A stretch of DNA of 61,130 nt. Source: Gammaproteobacteria bacterium. Its GTDB lineage: Bacteria; Pseudomonadota; Gammaproteobacteria; Eutrophobiales; Eutrophobiaceae. The position numbers were made by a program, and so were the translations under genes. Positions 37,145 through 47,302 of the stretch are shown in pieces. The stretch is taken from positions 1 through 61,130 of the forward strand of contig JAJRTU010000095.1 in assembly GCA_024278135.1 (NCBI GenBank). Reading direction: 5' to 3'. Positions within the stretch are counted from its first letter, which is position 1. Every line of letters starts with the position of its first letter. The notes beneath the pieces were generated by a model, which made no database searches, had not been told where the DNA came from, and saw only the letters and a program-made list of their open reading frames with translations.

Positions 37145-38224
37145 ATGATCGATGCAGCGAAGCTCACAGTGACTGGCTTGCCGGGTAGTAGCGACGCCGG
37201 TGCAATTTTGTCATCAGAAGAAGCAGGTGTAGATACGCAACTATCTGAAATAAAAGAAGTTAAATTCGATGACGCTTTGTTGTCACAATTGAGTGAGCAG
37301 AGCGAGGTGGATGTGTCGACTTTATCTGATCTGTTGTTGAGTGAACAGGAGATCTTGCCGGATGGCAAGGATTTGCCGTTAATGCCGCTGAGCGATCAGA
37401 CAGAAGAAGCGGTATTGAGCCTGACAAGTGAGCCCGATCTGCCTTTACAGGATGAGGGTGAGGAGATTATCGCCGGACAAGCTCTGGTGCTGCCGTTTCA
37501 ACTGGCGCAGGATCGTCCCGGCGAGAAGAAAACAGGCACGAACGTGACACAGGAACAGCGGCAGACGCGAGTGGCCATGCCGGTCGCGCTGAATGATCAG
37601 GTCGATACACTCACATCCGACGCGGGTGATGAGACTGTCGTGAAGATGGATACTGTGCTCAAAAGTGTTAATGTCGCCGCGCCTGATATGCCGATGACTG
37701 AACGGCCGGCGGAAACCACGGCGATTTTGAGCACGGGTGTCAGCGCCAAACTCAATCCATCGGAGTCGATCAATCAGACCACGAGTATGCCCAGGCTGTC
37801 GATAGATGCGCCGGTGCAGCAGGCGAAGTGGGGCGACAATCTGGCCGGGCGCGTGGCATGGATGGTGATGAACAATCAACAATCAGCCCAGATCAGCCTG
37901 AATCCGGCTGAGCTCGGCCCCATCGAGGTTAAAATCAGTCTGCATCAGGACAAGGCCAGTGTTAATTTTTACGCGCACAATAATACGGTGCGCGATGCCA
38001 TTGAGGAAGCCTTTCCAAGATTGCGGGATATGTTCAGCGACAACGGCATCAATCTGAGTCAGAGCAGCGTTTCGGATCAGTCCTTGTCACAGAGACAGGG
38101 TTACAGCGAGACGGGCCGACAGGAACACTCCGCTTATCCCTACATGGAAGAGGGTGATATTGTTGACAAGAGACTTGATGAGGTTGTTAATATAAAACTG
38201 GGCCTGGTTGATCACTTCGTTTGA
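37145..38224 (+). CDS. fliK: Hook-length control protein FliK
   Basis: Acidic, low-complexity N-terminal half. C-terminal Flg_hook-type domain (AKWGDNLAGRVAWMVMNNQQSAQISLNPAELGPIEVKISL). Confidence 0.85.
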   Translation: MIDAAKLTVTGLPGSSDAGAILSSEEAGVDTQLSEIKEVKFDDALLSQLSEQSEVDVSTLSDLLLSEQEILPDGKDLPLMPLSDQTEEAVLSLTSEPDLPLQDEGEEIIAGQALVLPFQLAQDRPGEKKTGTNVTQEQRQTRVAMPVALNDQVDTLTSDAGDETVVKMDTVLKSVNVAAPDMPMTERPAETTAILSTGVSAKLNPSESINQTTSMPRLSIDAPVQQAKWGDNLAGRVAWMVMNNQQSAQISLNPAELGPIEVKISLHQDKASVNFYAHNNTVRDAIEEAFPRLRDMFSDNGINLSQSSVSDQSLSQRQGYSETGRQEHSAYPYMEEGDIVDKRLDEVVNIKLGLVDHFV

Positions 38225-38381
38225 ACTGAAGACGCTTTCTGTATTCCAGCCGAGGTAAATAAAAACCAAAGCCATTGGCCGCAGAGTTTACAGGAGGTAA
38301 ACGTGACTCTGCCGGTCATGCGCGATCATAACTGATGTAGCCCCGTATTCTTCCCGAAGTTCGTTGCGATGTTTTGCAACA

Positions 38382-38395
38382 GTCAATTTGTTGAC
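38382..38395. promoter_or_regulatory. FleQ-box-like inverted repeat upstream of the fliL promoter
   Basis: GTCAATTTGTTGAC (GTCAA/TTGAC arms) lies about 60 nt upstream of the -24 element. It resembles the published Pseudomonas FleQ box GTCaNTAAAtTGAC as I recall it. A second inverted repeat, GTTGC-N8-GCAAC (38363-38380), is adjacent. Confidence 0.35.
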
Positions 38396-38448
38396 ATCTC
38401 AAACAATTGCCAGCCGCCAAGTGCTTATATTTACTCAATATTTTTTGG

Positions 38449-38464
38449 TGGCATAGCCTTTGCT
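38449..38464 (+). promoter_or_regulatory. Sigma-54 promoter of fliLMNOPQR-flhB
   Basis: TGGCAT-AGCCT-TTGCT, 33 nt upstream of ATG 38497. Confidence 0.7.
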
Positions 38465-38496
38465 AAAGACAGATGGATTCTTTAGGAGAAGTGAAT

Positions 38497-39036
38497 ATGG
38501 CAGATGACATTGAAAGTGAAGAAAACGAAGAAGAGGGTGCTGAAGAAAGCGGTGGCAAGAAATCCAAACTGCGATTGATCATTATTATCGTCGCGGTATT
38601 GGCACTTGGTGGAGGTGGGGCTGCGTTTTATTTCATGAAGGGTGGCGCCGCGGATGATCAGGTGGCTGAAGCGGATGATCAGGTAAGTGATGCGGAAGAG
38701 GAAGAAGAAGTGCTGGATACGCCCTATTATTTTTCACTTGATCCGCCCTTCGTCGTCAATTTTGCCGGTAAGGGTCGGGCCAAATTCCTGCAGGTCAATA
38801 TAGGAGGTTTGACCAGGAACCCGTCGATTAAGGAAAGCATTACCACGCATCTGCCACAGATTCGCAATAATGTCGTGTTTATCCTGAGCAGTAAACGCTA
38901 TGACGAGCTGATCACACCGGAAGGCAAAGAAGACTTGCGTAAACAGGTGCTGGCGGAAGTACGAAAAATATTGAAAAAAGAAACCGGCGATGGTGATGTT
39001 GAAGATATTTATTTCACCAGTTTCGTGATGCAGTAA
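38497..39036 (+). CDS. fliL: Flagellar basal body-associated protein FliL
   Basis: Acidic N-terminus, a single TM segment (LIIIIVAVLALGGGGAAFYF) and a FliL domain. ATG 38497 with an AGGAG RBS is preferred over 38473. Confidence 0.9.
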   Translation: MADDIESEENEEEGAEESGGKKSKLRLIIIIVAVLALGGGGAAFYFMKGGAADDQVAEADDQVSDAEEEEEVLDTPYYFSLDPPFVVNFAGKGRAKFLQVNIGGLTRNPSIKESITTHLPQIRNNVVFILSSKRYDELITPEGKEDLRKQVLAEVRKILKKETGDGDVEDIYFTSFVMQ

Positions 39037-39042
39037 GGCCTT

Positions 39043-40023
39043 ATGTCTACTGACATACTTTCCCAGGATGAAATTGACGCTTTACTGACAGGTGTCGATT
39101 CAGGCGATGTTGAAACGGATACTGCTGATGAACTGGTGCCGGGTGAGGCACGAGGTTATGACTTTACCAGTCAGGACCGTATTGTCCGGGGTCGTTTACC
39201 GACGCTGGATATGATCAATGAACGTTTCGCCAGAAATTTTCGTATCAGCCTGTTCAATTTTCTGCGACGCTCGCCGACGATTACGGCGGAAGGCGTGCAA
39301 ATGAATAAATTTGGTGAATATATCCACAGTCTGTTTATGCCATCCAACCTGAACCTGGTCAAAATCAAACCGCTGCGTGGTACGGCACTGTTCGTTCTGA
39401 ACCCGACTTTGGTCTATTCCATTGTTGATAACTTCTTTGGTGGCAGTGGAAAATTCCACACCAAGATAGAAGGACGGGATTTTACCGGTACTGAGATGCA
39501 GGTAATCAAGTCGGTCATGGAAAAGATGTTTGTCGATTTGAAAAAAGCCTGGGCACCCATTAAGGAACTCGATTTTGAACATATCGGATCCGAGGTCAAC
39601 CCCCATTTCGCCAATATAGTCAGCCCCAGCGAAGTTGTTGTCGTCTCAACCTTTCATGTCGAGCTGGACAACGGCGGTGGTGATATTCACATAACACTGC
39701 CCTACTCGATGATTGAACCCATACGGGAGCAACTGCATGCGGGTGTGCAAAGTGATACAGCGGAAAGGGACGAGCGCTGGGGACGCTCATTGACGGAAAG
39801 CCTGAAGTTGGCACCTCTGGTATTGAAGAGTCGCTTAACGACACTGGACATGACATTACGCGATCTGAAATCGATGAAGGCAGGTGATGTCTTTCCCTTT
39901 GATTTTCCCGAGACTGTCTCGGCGACAATTGAAGATGTGCCGGTGTTCAGAGCCAGCTACGGTATGTCACGGGGTAATCGTGCCTTGAAGGTCACGGAGA
40001 TTATTAATAATGAAGAGCCATAA
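39043..40023 (+). CDS. fliM: Switch protein FliM
   Basis: N-terminal LSQDEIDALL CheY-P binding motif; 326 aa. Confidence 0.95.
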   Translation: MSTDILSQDEIDALLTGVDSGDVETDTADELVPGEARGYDFTSQDRIVRGRLPTLDMINERFARNFRISLFNFLRRSPTITAEGVQMNKFGEYIHSLFMPSNLNLVKIKPLRGTALFVLNPTLVYSIVDNFFGGSGKFHTKIEGRDFTGTEMQVIKSVMEKMFVDLKKAWAPIKELDFEHIGSEVNPHFANIVSPSEVVVVSTFHVELDNGGGDIHITLPYSMIEPIREQLHAGVQSDTAERDERWGRSLTESLKLAPLVLKSRLTTLDMTLRDLKSMKAGDVFPFDFPETVSATIEDVPVFRASYGMSRGNRALKVTEIINNEEP

Positions 40024-40049
40024 ATTCAAGTATTACAGAGGAACAAGTC

Positions 40050-40472
40050 ATGTCTGAAGAGACCATTAGTCCCGAAGCAGAAAATGAAGCGATGCAGGCG
40101 CAGATTCAGGAAGAGGCCATTTCAGATGCGGATGCAATGATGGCGGAGAGTATGGGCATTGAACAGGCACCTCTGGACAAGCTCAGTGATGATGCCACCA
40201 CAGTACCTGAGGAGAGTAATCTCAATACCATCCTGGATATCCCCATCTCTTTGTCAGTGGAGATTGGTCAGACCAAAATCAGTATTCGCAATCTCCTGCA
40301 ACTGAATCAGGGATCGGTTGTCGAGCTGGACAGACTGGCCGGTGAACCCCTGGATGTAATGGTGAACAACACGCTGGTGGCGCATGGCGAAATCGTCGTG
40401 ATAAACGAAAAGTACGGCATTCGGTTGACCGACGTTATCAGTACACTCGAAAGAGTAAAGAACCTGCAGTAA
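40050..40472 (+). CDS. fliN: Switch protein FliN
   Basis: C-terminal SpoA domain (LLQLNQGSVVELDRLAGEPLDVMVNNTLVAHGEIVVINEKYGIRL). Confidence 0.95.
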   Translation: MSEETISPEAENEAMQAQIQEEAISDADAMMAESMGIEQAPLDKLSDDATTVPEESNLNTILDIPISLSVEIGQTKISIRNLLQLNQGSVVELDRLAGEPLDVMVNNTLVAHGEIVVINEKYGIRLTDVISTLERVKNLQ

Positions 40473-40475
40473 TTG

Positions 40476-40937
40476 ATGAAATATTCACTCACTGGCTGCC
40501 GGTGGTGGCTGCGCAGGGCTGTATCAGTCAGCGCTTTTGCCACGGCGTTGACACCCTGGTCCTTGATGGCTGCCGAGCCTGTCAAATCAGCGGTCGAGGC
40601 GGTGTCGGTGTCGCAAATCATCAATCTTCTGGCAGGCCTGGCACTGGTGTTACTGGTGTTTTTTGCCGTTGTGTTTCTGCTGAAACGTGTGTCCGGTTTC
40701 CATGGTATGAACAAGGGCCATATGAAAATGGTGGATACCATGCACCTGGGGACAAAGGAGCGTCTGCTGATCGTCAGGGTGAACAATGAGTATTTATTAC
40801 TGGGTCTGTCGCCGCAGGGAATACATCCCCTGCACGTTCTTGGCGACGATATTGTCGAGAGTGAGGGACATGAACAGAAGGAAGCCCCCCCGGCCTTTAA
40901 TCAATTGTTGTCAAGAATGAAAATAAAAGGAGCCTGA
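40476..40937 (+). CDS. fliO: Flagellar export protein FliO
   Basis: Single TM segment followed by [26 protein letters not shown]. Confidence 0.85.
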   Translation: MKYSLTGCRWWLRRAVSVSAFATALTPWSLMAAEPVKSAVEAVSVSQIINLLAGLALVLLVFFAVVFLLKRVSGFHGMNKGHMKMVDTMHLGTKERLLIVRVNNEYLLLGLSPQGIHPLHVLGDDIVESEGHEQKEAPPAFNQLLSRMKIKGA

Positions 40938-40941
40938 GGGC

Positions 40942-41682
40942 ATGATGAATCGCCGTTTAATTCTCACACTGTTGATGATGGCACTGGCGCCTGTGGCCAG
41001 TGCTCAAACCGGTCTGGACATTGTCACCGTTGCGGACAATGCCGGTGGCGGTCAGACTTACACCTTGAGCATTCAGATCCTGTTGTTGATGACAGCGCTG
41101 ACGCTGCTGCCCGCAGGTCTGTTGATGATGACTTCATTTACCCGCATTATTATCGTGCTGGCCATATTGCGGCAGGCACTGGGTACAGCGCAGACCCCCA
41201 ACAGTCAGGTGTTGATTGGTCTGGCACTGTTTTTGACTTTCTTTGTCATGGCACCGGTGCTGGATCAGATCTTCCAGGGCTCGGTACAACCTTATCTTGC
41301 CGAAGATATCACGCTGAACGAGGCGGTGCAGGAGGCAGCTTTGCCACTGCGTGAATTTATGCTGGCGCAGACCCGTGAAAACGACATTACCTTGTTCAGC
41401 GATCTTTCAGGTACTGAAGTATCATCGGTTAATGAGGTGCCCTTTCGATTGCTGGTGCCTGCTTTTGTTACCAGTGAGCTGAAAACAGCGTTTCAGATTG
41501 GTTTTCTTATTTTTATCCCCTTTCTGATTATTGACCTGGTGGTGGCCAGCGTGCTGATGTCGATGGGCATGTTGATGCTGTCGCCGTTGATCATCTCCTT
41601 TCCTTTCAAGCTGATGTTGTTTGTCATGGTCGATGGCTGGGCCCTGATCATCGGCACGCTGGCATCCAGTTTTTATGTGTAG
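40942..41682 (+). CDS. fliP: Export gate protein FliP
   Basis: Motifs [18 protein letters not shown] and [30 protein letters not shown]. Confidence 0.95.
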   Translation: MMNRRLILTLLMMALAPVASAQTGLDIVTVADNAGGGQTYTLSIQILLLMTALTLLPAGLLMMTSFTRIIIVLAILRQALGTAQTPNSQVLIGLALFLTFFVMAPVLDQIFQGSVQPYLAEDITLNEAVQEAALPLREFMLAQTRENDITLFSDLSGTEVSSVNEVPFRLLVPAFVTSELKTAFQIGFLIFIPFLIIDLVVASVLMSMGMLMLSPLIISFPFKLMLFVMVDGWALIIGTLASSFYV

Positions 41683-41700
41683 TCGGCAGAGGAAATAATA

Positions 41701-41970
41701 ATGACGCCGGATACTCTGCTCAATATCGGTCAGGAAGCACTGTTGCTGCTGTCCGTCCTGTTGCTGGTGTTGCTGGTACCTGCACTGATGGTGGGTGTGC
41801 TGGTGAGCATGTTTCAGGCGGCGACACAGATTAATGAAATGACCTTGAGCTTCATTCCAAAACTGCTGGTGACCCTGCTGGTGATGGTGATGGCCGGCCC
41901 CTGGATATTGCAACTGGTGGTGGACTACACTCTGCGCCTGTTTAACCGGATTCCTTCACTGATTGGCTAG
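41701..41970 (+). CDS. fliQ: Export gate protein FliQ
   Basis: 89 aa with two TM segments. Motif MFQAATQINEMTLSFIPK. Confidence 0.95.
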   Translation: MTPDTLLNIGQEALLLLSVLLLVLLVPALMVGVLVSMFQAATQINEMTLSFIPKLLVTLLVMVMAGPWILQLVVDYTLRLFNRIPSLIG

Positions 41971-41972
41971 CC

Positions 41973-42746
41973 ATGATCGTTCTTGATAATACGCTGGTGG
42001 CCTTGCTTGAATCATGGATATGGCCGTTTTTTCGTGTTGCCGGCCTGTTAATGGCCGCCCCCATTATCGGTACACGCTCGGTACCGGTGCGTATACGACT
42101 GGTGATTGCCATTGCCATTACCATCGCGATTGTGCCGGTATTGCCGGTCCCGGTTTATCTGGAACCTTTTACAGGTCCGTGGGTATTGACCTCCATTCAG
42201 CAGGTGATTATCGGTACGGCCATGGGCTTGACCATACGCACTGTCTTTGTTGCACTGGAAATAGCGGGTCAGGCCATCGGTCAGTTGATGGGCTTGATGA
42301 TGGCGTCGATGGTGGATCCGCTGAACGGCAATCAGGTACCGGTCATCGGCCAGTTCTATCTGTTGCTGGCCACGCTGTTATTTCTCTCCGTTGACGGACA
42401 TTTACTGATGGTGCAGGCTCTGGTAAACAGTTTTCAACATTTGCCTGTGGGTGTTGAGGGACTCGGTCGTGATGCCGCATGGGAGGTCATCAACTGGTTG
42501 GGAAGCATACTCAGTACGTCGGTACTGATTGCCCTGCCGGCGATGGCATCGCTGCTTATCGTTAATCTCGCTTTCGGTGTAATGACCCGTGCCGCGCCAC
42601 AGTTGAATATCTTTGCCGTTGGTTTCCCTATCATGATTATCCTCGGGGTCTTCATCGTCATGTTCACTCTTGATGGATTTATTCCACATATGATCAGTCT
42701 GTTCGAACAGGCCTTCAGTATGCTGGATCGTTTAACCGGGGGCTGA
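41973..42746 (+). CDS. fliR: Export gate protein FliR
   Basis: 257-aa polytopic membrane protein. Motif FFRVAGLLMAAPI. Confidence 0.9.
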   Translation: MIVLDNTLVALLESWIWPFFRVAGLLMAAPIIGTRSVPVRIRLVIAIAITIAIVPVLPVPVYLEPFTGPWVLTSIQQVIIGTAMGLTIRTVFVALEIAGQAIGQLMGLMMASMVDPLNGNQVPVIGQFYLLLATLLFLSVDGHLLMVQALVNSFQHLPVGVEGLGRDAAWEVINWLGSILSTSVLIALPAMASLLIVNLAFGVMTRAAPQLNIFAVGFPIMIILGVFIVMFTLDGFIPHMISLFEQAFSMLDRLTGG

Positions 42747-42753
42747 TGCTGAT

Positions 42754-43893
42754 ATGGCAGAGGGCAAAAATGAAGGCCAGGAACGCACTGAGGAGGCGAC
42801 CCCAAAGCGTCAGGAGGAGGCCAGAAATGAAGGCCAGATTGGCCGCTCCAGAGAACTCAATACCATGGCGCTGCTGTTAACAGCCGCGACCGGGTTTTTT
42901 ATCTTTGGCAATCATATGGTCAGCAATATGTCCTGGTTGATGACGCAGTATTTTTCAATCAGCCGCGCAAAACTTTATGACAGTTCACTATTGGTACCGC
43001 TGTTTCTGCAGGCCTGCTTTGAAGCCCTGGAAAGTATAGGGCCTTTACTCGTTATTTTGTTTCTGGCGGCCTTCTTTGCGCCGATGCTGGTCGGAGGCTG
43101 GATGTTTTCAGTCAAGGCGCTGGCATTCAAGTGGGAAAAGATGGATCCCGTCAAGGGTTTGACACGGGTATTCGGTGTGCGTGGTCTGATGGAATTACTC
43201 AAGGCCCTGGTAAAGTTCAGTCTGATGGTGGGTCTGGCCATATTCTTGTTGTGGCTGAAGATGGACGAGCTGCTGTATCTCGGACTGAATGGTCTTGGCC
43301 CCGGGATGGCGGATGCAGGCAATATCATTCTCTGGTCGTTTCTGCTGTTAAGTGCGGCAACGATACTGATCGCCGGCGCCGACGTGCCCTTTCAGCTCTG
43401 GGAGCATGCCAAGCAGTTGAAAATGAGCAAGCAGGATGTCAAGGACGAGCAGAAAGAAACCGAAGGCAAGCCGGAAGTGAAATCACAAATACGGACGATG
43501 CAACAGGAACTGGCCAACCGGCGCATGCTCGAAGAGGTGCCCAAGGCCGACGTGGTCATCACCAACCCTAGCCACTACGCTGTCGCATTGCGTTATGAAC
43601 AGGGCAATATGTCGGCGCCACGGCTGGTTGCCAGGGGTGTGGATTTTATGGCGCAACGCATTCGTCTGATTGCCGATCAAAACGATGTGACCGTTTTCGC
43701 CTCTCCCCTGCTGGCCCGTGCCCTGTATTTCAATGCCAAACTGGACCAGGAGATTCCGGCCGGGCTGTATCTCGCAGTCGCGCAGATCCTGGCCTATATC
43801 TATCAATTGCGCGCCAGCCGGCGCAGCAGCGATATGCCGGTGCCCGATAAACCGACGCAACTGCCGATCCCGGCCGAGTTCAGAACAGAGTAA
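42754..43893 (+). CDS. flhB: Export switch protein FlhB
   Basis: N-terminal EERTEEATPKRQEEARNEGQIGRSRE. Autocleavage-site variant NPSH (usually NPTH). Confidence 0.95.
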   Translation: MAEGKNEGQERTEEATPKRQEEARNEGQIGRSRELNTMALLLTAATGFFIFGNHMVSNMSWLMTQYFSISRAKLYDSSLLVPLFLQACFEALESIGPLLVILFLAAFFAPMLVGGWMFSVKALAFKWEKMDPVKGLTRVFGVRGLMELLKALVKFSLMVGLAIFLLWLKMDELLYLGLNGLGPGMADAGNIILWSFLLLSAATILIAGADVPFQLWEHAKQLKMSKQDVKDEQKETEGKPEVKSQIRTMQQELANRRMLEEVPKADVVITNPSHYAVALRYEQGNMSAPRLVARGVDFMAQRIRLIADQNDVTVFASPLLARALYFNAKLDQEIPAGLYLAVAQILAYIYQLRASRRSSDMPVPDKPTQLPIPAEFRTE

Positions 43894-43898
43894 CAGCG

Positions 43899-46010
43899 AT
43901 GGCAACACCGAACACAATGTCGATAAGTTTTTCCAGCGTAAACCGGATGGGACTCGGTGCGCCGTTTCTGGTCATGATCATTTTGTCGATGATGGTGATC
44001 CCCCTGTCGCCGCTGGTGCTGGACATGCTTTTCACTTTCAATATATCGCTCTCGCTGATTGTACTGCTGGCGGTAATTTACAGTAACCGGCCACTGGATT
44101 TTGCTGTTTTCCCGACGGTGCTGTTGATCGCCACATTGTTACGCCTGAGTCTGAATGTCGCCTCTACGCGGGTGGTACTGTTGAATGGCCACACCGGCCC
44201 TGATGCCGCCGGCAAGGTTATCCAGGCCTTTGGTGATTTTGTTGTCGGCGGTAATTACACTGTGGGTTTTGTGGTCTTCACCATTCTCGTCATCATTAAC
44301 TTTGTCGTCGTGACCAAAGGTGCCGGTCGTGTTTCGGAAGTGAGCGCGCGTTTTACCCTCGATGCCATGCCGGGTAAACAGATGGCCATCGATGCCGATT
44401 TGAATTCCGGTCTGATTGATCGTGATGAAGCCATCACGCGCCGGGCCGAGATTGCCGGTGAAGCCGACTTTTACGGCGCCATGGACGGCGCCAGCAAATT
44501 TGTTCGGGGCGATGCCATCGCCGGTATTCTCATCCTGTTCATCAATATTATCGGCGGTCTGTTCATTGGGGTACTGCAACACGATCTGGCTGCCATTGAT
44601 GCGGCGCAGATCTATACCTTGTTGACGATTGGTGACGGACTGGTGGCGCAAATTCCTTCACTTTTACTTTCCACCGCTGCGGCCATCATGGTGACCCGGG
44701 TATCTTCCGAACAGAATATGGGCCAGCAAATTGTATTGCAGCTGTTTCAGAACCCACGCACGCTGGCGGTAACGGCGACAATGATTGGCCTGTTGGGACT
44801 GGTGCCGGGCATGCCCAACCTGGCTTTTTTGACATTGGCAGGGATCGCCGGCGCCAGCGCCTGGTGGCAATATAAAAGCAAGGTGAGCGCAGAGGCGGAG
44901 CCGGAAGAAGTGGCAGCGCAAATGCAGCCCTTGCAGGAAGAGCGTGAGCTGAACTGGGATGATGTTGAAACCATCGATCAGATCGGGCTGGAAGTCGGTT
45001 ACCGTTTAATTCCCATGGTGGACCGGCAACAGGGCGGCAAATTATTGTCACGTATCAAAGGCGTCAGGAAGAAATTGACCCAGGAACTGGGTTTTCTGCT
45101 GCCCTCGGTACATATCCGTGACAATCTGGATCTGGAACCCGGCAGCTATCGTATCTCGATCAAGGACACGACCATCGCCAAAGCGGAAGTACACCCGGAA
45201 AATGAACTGGCCATCAACCCGGGGCAGGTATTTGGTGAACTGCCGGGACCTGTCAGCAAGGACCCTGTATTTGGACTGGATGCCGTATGGATCGATCCGA
45301 CCCTGCATGATCAGGCCCAGACCTACGGCTATACCGTGGTAGATGCCAGTACTGTCGTTGCCACGCACATGAGTCAGATCTTGCAGGACCATGCCCATGA
45401 ATTGCTGGGCCACCATGAGGTGCAGGAAATACTGGACCGTTTCGCCAGCGACGCGCCGAAGGTGATTGATGAAATCATTCCAAAATTGATCCCGCTGGGT
45501 ACGGTGGTCAAGGTGATGCAAAACCTGCTGCGTGAAAACATACCGATACGTGATACACGTACCATTCTCGAAACCCTGGCAGAAAATGCTGCCCGTACTC
45601 AGGATCCGGATGTGTTGAGTGCGGCTGTCAGGATTGCCCTCGGTCGTCTGATCATGGAACGCATTGCCGGAGCGGACGGTGAAATACCGGTGATCACGCT
45701 GGATATGTCATTGGAACAGTTATTGCAACAGTCCTTGCAGGCGATGGCAGACGGTGGCGGAGCCATAGAACCCGGTCTGGCACAGAGGATGCTGCAGTCA
45801 TTAAAGGAATGCACGGAACGTCAGGAAGTCGCCGGTGAAGCGGCAATATTGCTGGTACCGGACAACTTGAGGGAAATGATGGTGCGAATGGTGAGGCAAA
45901 ATGTATCACGTTTGAAAGTGCTGGCATTCAGTGAAGTGCCAGAAAACAGACAATTGAAAATCGTCAGTACGGTAGGTGGAGAGCCCTTGCTTGAACAGGG
46001 GAATGTATAA
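43899..46010 (+). CDS. flhA: Export gate protein FlhA
   Basis: 703 aa. Motifs VVTKGAGRVSEVSARFTLDAMPGKQMAIDADL and FVRGDAIAGILI. Confidence 0.95.
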   Translation: MATPNTMSISFSSVNRMGLGAPFLVMIILSMMVIPLSPLVLDMLFTFNISLSLIVLLAVIYSNRPLDFAVFPTVLLIATLLRLSLNVASTRVVLLNGHTGPDAAGKVIQAFGDFVVGGNYTVGFVVFTILVIINFVVVTKGAGRVSEVSARFTLDAMPGKQMAIDADLNSGLIDRDEAITRRAEIAGEADFYGAMDGASKFVRGDAIAGILILFINIIGGLFIGVLQHDLAAIDAAQIYTLLTIGDGLVAQIPSLLLSTAAAIMVTRVSSEQNMGQQIVLQLFQNPRTLAVTATMIGLLGLVPGMPNLAFLTLAGIAGASAWWQYKSKVSAEAEPEEVAAQMQPLQEERELNWDDVETIDQIGLEVGYRLIPMVDRQQGGKLLSRIKGVRKKLTQELGFLLPSVHIRDNLDLEPGSYRISIKDTTIAKAEVHPENELAINPGQVFGELPGPVSKDPVFGLDAVWIDPTLHDQAQTYGYTVVDASTVVATHMSQILQDHAHELLGHHEVQEILDRFASDAPKVIDEIIPKLIPLGTVVKVMQNLLRENIPIRDTRTILETLAENAARTQDPDVLSAAVRIALGRLIMERIAGADGEIPVITLDMSLEQLLQQSLQAMADGGGAIEPGLAQRMLQSLKECTERQEVAGEAAILLVPDNLREMMVRMVRQNVSRLKVLAFSEVPENRQLKIVSTVGGEPLLEQGNV

Positions 46011-46057
46011 ATTTATGAATCATAAGAAATTGAATGGTGGCGGAATGGAATATATCT

Positions 46058-47302
46058 ATGAAAATTCGTAAATATTTCGCGGCAGATATGCGTCAGGCCC
46101 TGAACATGGCCCGGGAACAGCAGGGCGAAGATATCGTCATACTGAGCAACCGCAAGGTGCTGGGCGGTGTTGAGCTGGTAGTGGCGGAAGATTACGACGA
46201 ATCCCTGTATGCAAGCGAAGAAAAAGTTGTCCCCGCCGGTGTCGCCGTATCTGATGCACAGCATCAGCACGGCGTGGCCGAGTCTGAGACGAAAGAGCAG
46301 ATTGCCGCTAATCCACCTGCTCATCATGAGCTGGACTGGACCCGGGAGCCGGCTCTGGCGCAGGTTCGGGAAGAGATTAATTCTTTACGTGATTTGCTGG
46401 AACAGCAGATGTCCAGTCTGGCCTGGGGTGAAGTGGGCAGGCAACATCCCATCTGGGCGGGACTGTTGAGAAAGTTTGGAAAGCTGGGTATCCATCCGGC
46501 CCTGGCACGGGAACTGGCCCAGCAGATACCTGAACAATATAGTCTGGAACAAGGTTGGCGCACCGTGCTGGCCTTGTTGAGTTATCGTATTCCCGTATCC
46601 AGAGCCTCTGTCCTGACGAATAACACCAGCCTGGCTTTTATCGGTGCATCCGGCAGCGGCAAGACGACAACAATTGCCAAGCTGGCGACGCAATATGTAC
46701 TCGAACACGGTGCCGGCAGCGTGGTATTGGCCACACTGGATTCCTATCGCGTCGGCGGCCGTGAGCAATTACGCAGTTACGCCCGGATACTGGGTATTCC
46801 CATGCGCACCATCAACAACGATACCGAGCTGGGCGATCTACTGGATCAATTTCAGAACCGCAAACTTGTCCTTATCGATACGGCCGGATTGAGTCCGGCG
46901 GATGAACGTCATAAAGAACAGATTTCGTTGTTGTTAGGGGTACAGGATCGTGTCAGCAGTTGTCTGGTATTACCTGCCATTGCACAATCGCCGGCGCTGC
47001 AACAAACCATCGATGTTTATCGTCCGTTGGCGTCGGCCATGTGCATCCTGAGTAAACTGGACGAAGCGAGCTCCCTTGGCGCGGTGTTGTCCATCGCAAT
47101 TCAGGAGAAACTGAAAATTATTTATCAATGTAATGGACAACAGGTACCTGAAGATTTACACAAAGGTGACGCGGCAGATTTAATCGCACGCGCCATTTCG
47201 ATGATGAAACGTTACTCAAACAGCACGGAGGAAGAATTGCTGGAACAGCACTTTGGTAAACATGCCGTTTATAATCCTATTGGTGAGCGCTATGAACATT
47301 AA
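46058..47302 (+). CDS. flhF: SRP-type GTPase FlhF (polar flagellum placement)
   Basis: N-terminal MKIRKYFAADMRQALNMAREQQGEDIVILSNRKV. G1 GASGSGKTT. G3 DTAG. ATG 46058 is preferred over 46034. Confidence 0.9.
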   Translation: MKIRKYFAADMRQALNMAREQQGEDIVILSNRKVLGGVELVVAEDYDESLYASEEKVVPAGVAVSDAQHQHGVAESETKEQIAANPPAHHELDWTREPALAQVREEINSLRDLLEQQMSSLAWGEVGRQHPIWAGLLRKFGKLGIHPALARELAQQIPEQYSLEQGWRTVLALLSYRIPVSRASVLTNNTSLAFIGASGSGKTTTIAKLATQYVLEHGAGSVVLATLDSYRVGGREQLRSYARILGIPMRTINNDTELGDLLDQFQNRKLVLIDTAGLSPADERHKEQISLLLGVQDRVSSCLVLPAIAQSPALQQTIDVYRPLASAMCILSKLDEASSLGAVLSIAIQEKLKIIYQCNGQQVPEDLHKGDAADLIARAISMMKRYSNSTEEELLEQHFGKHAVYNPIGERYEH

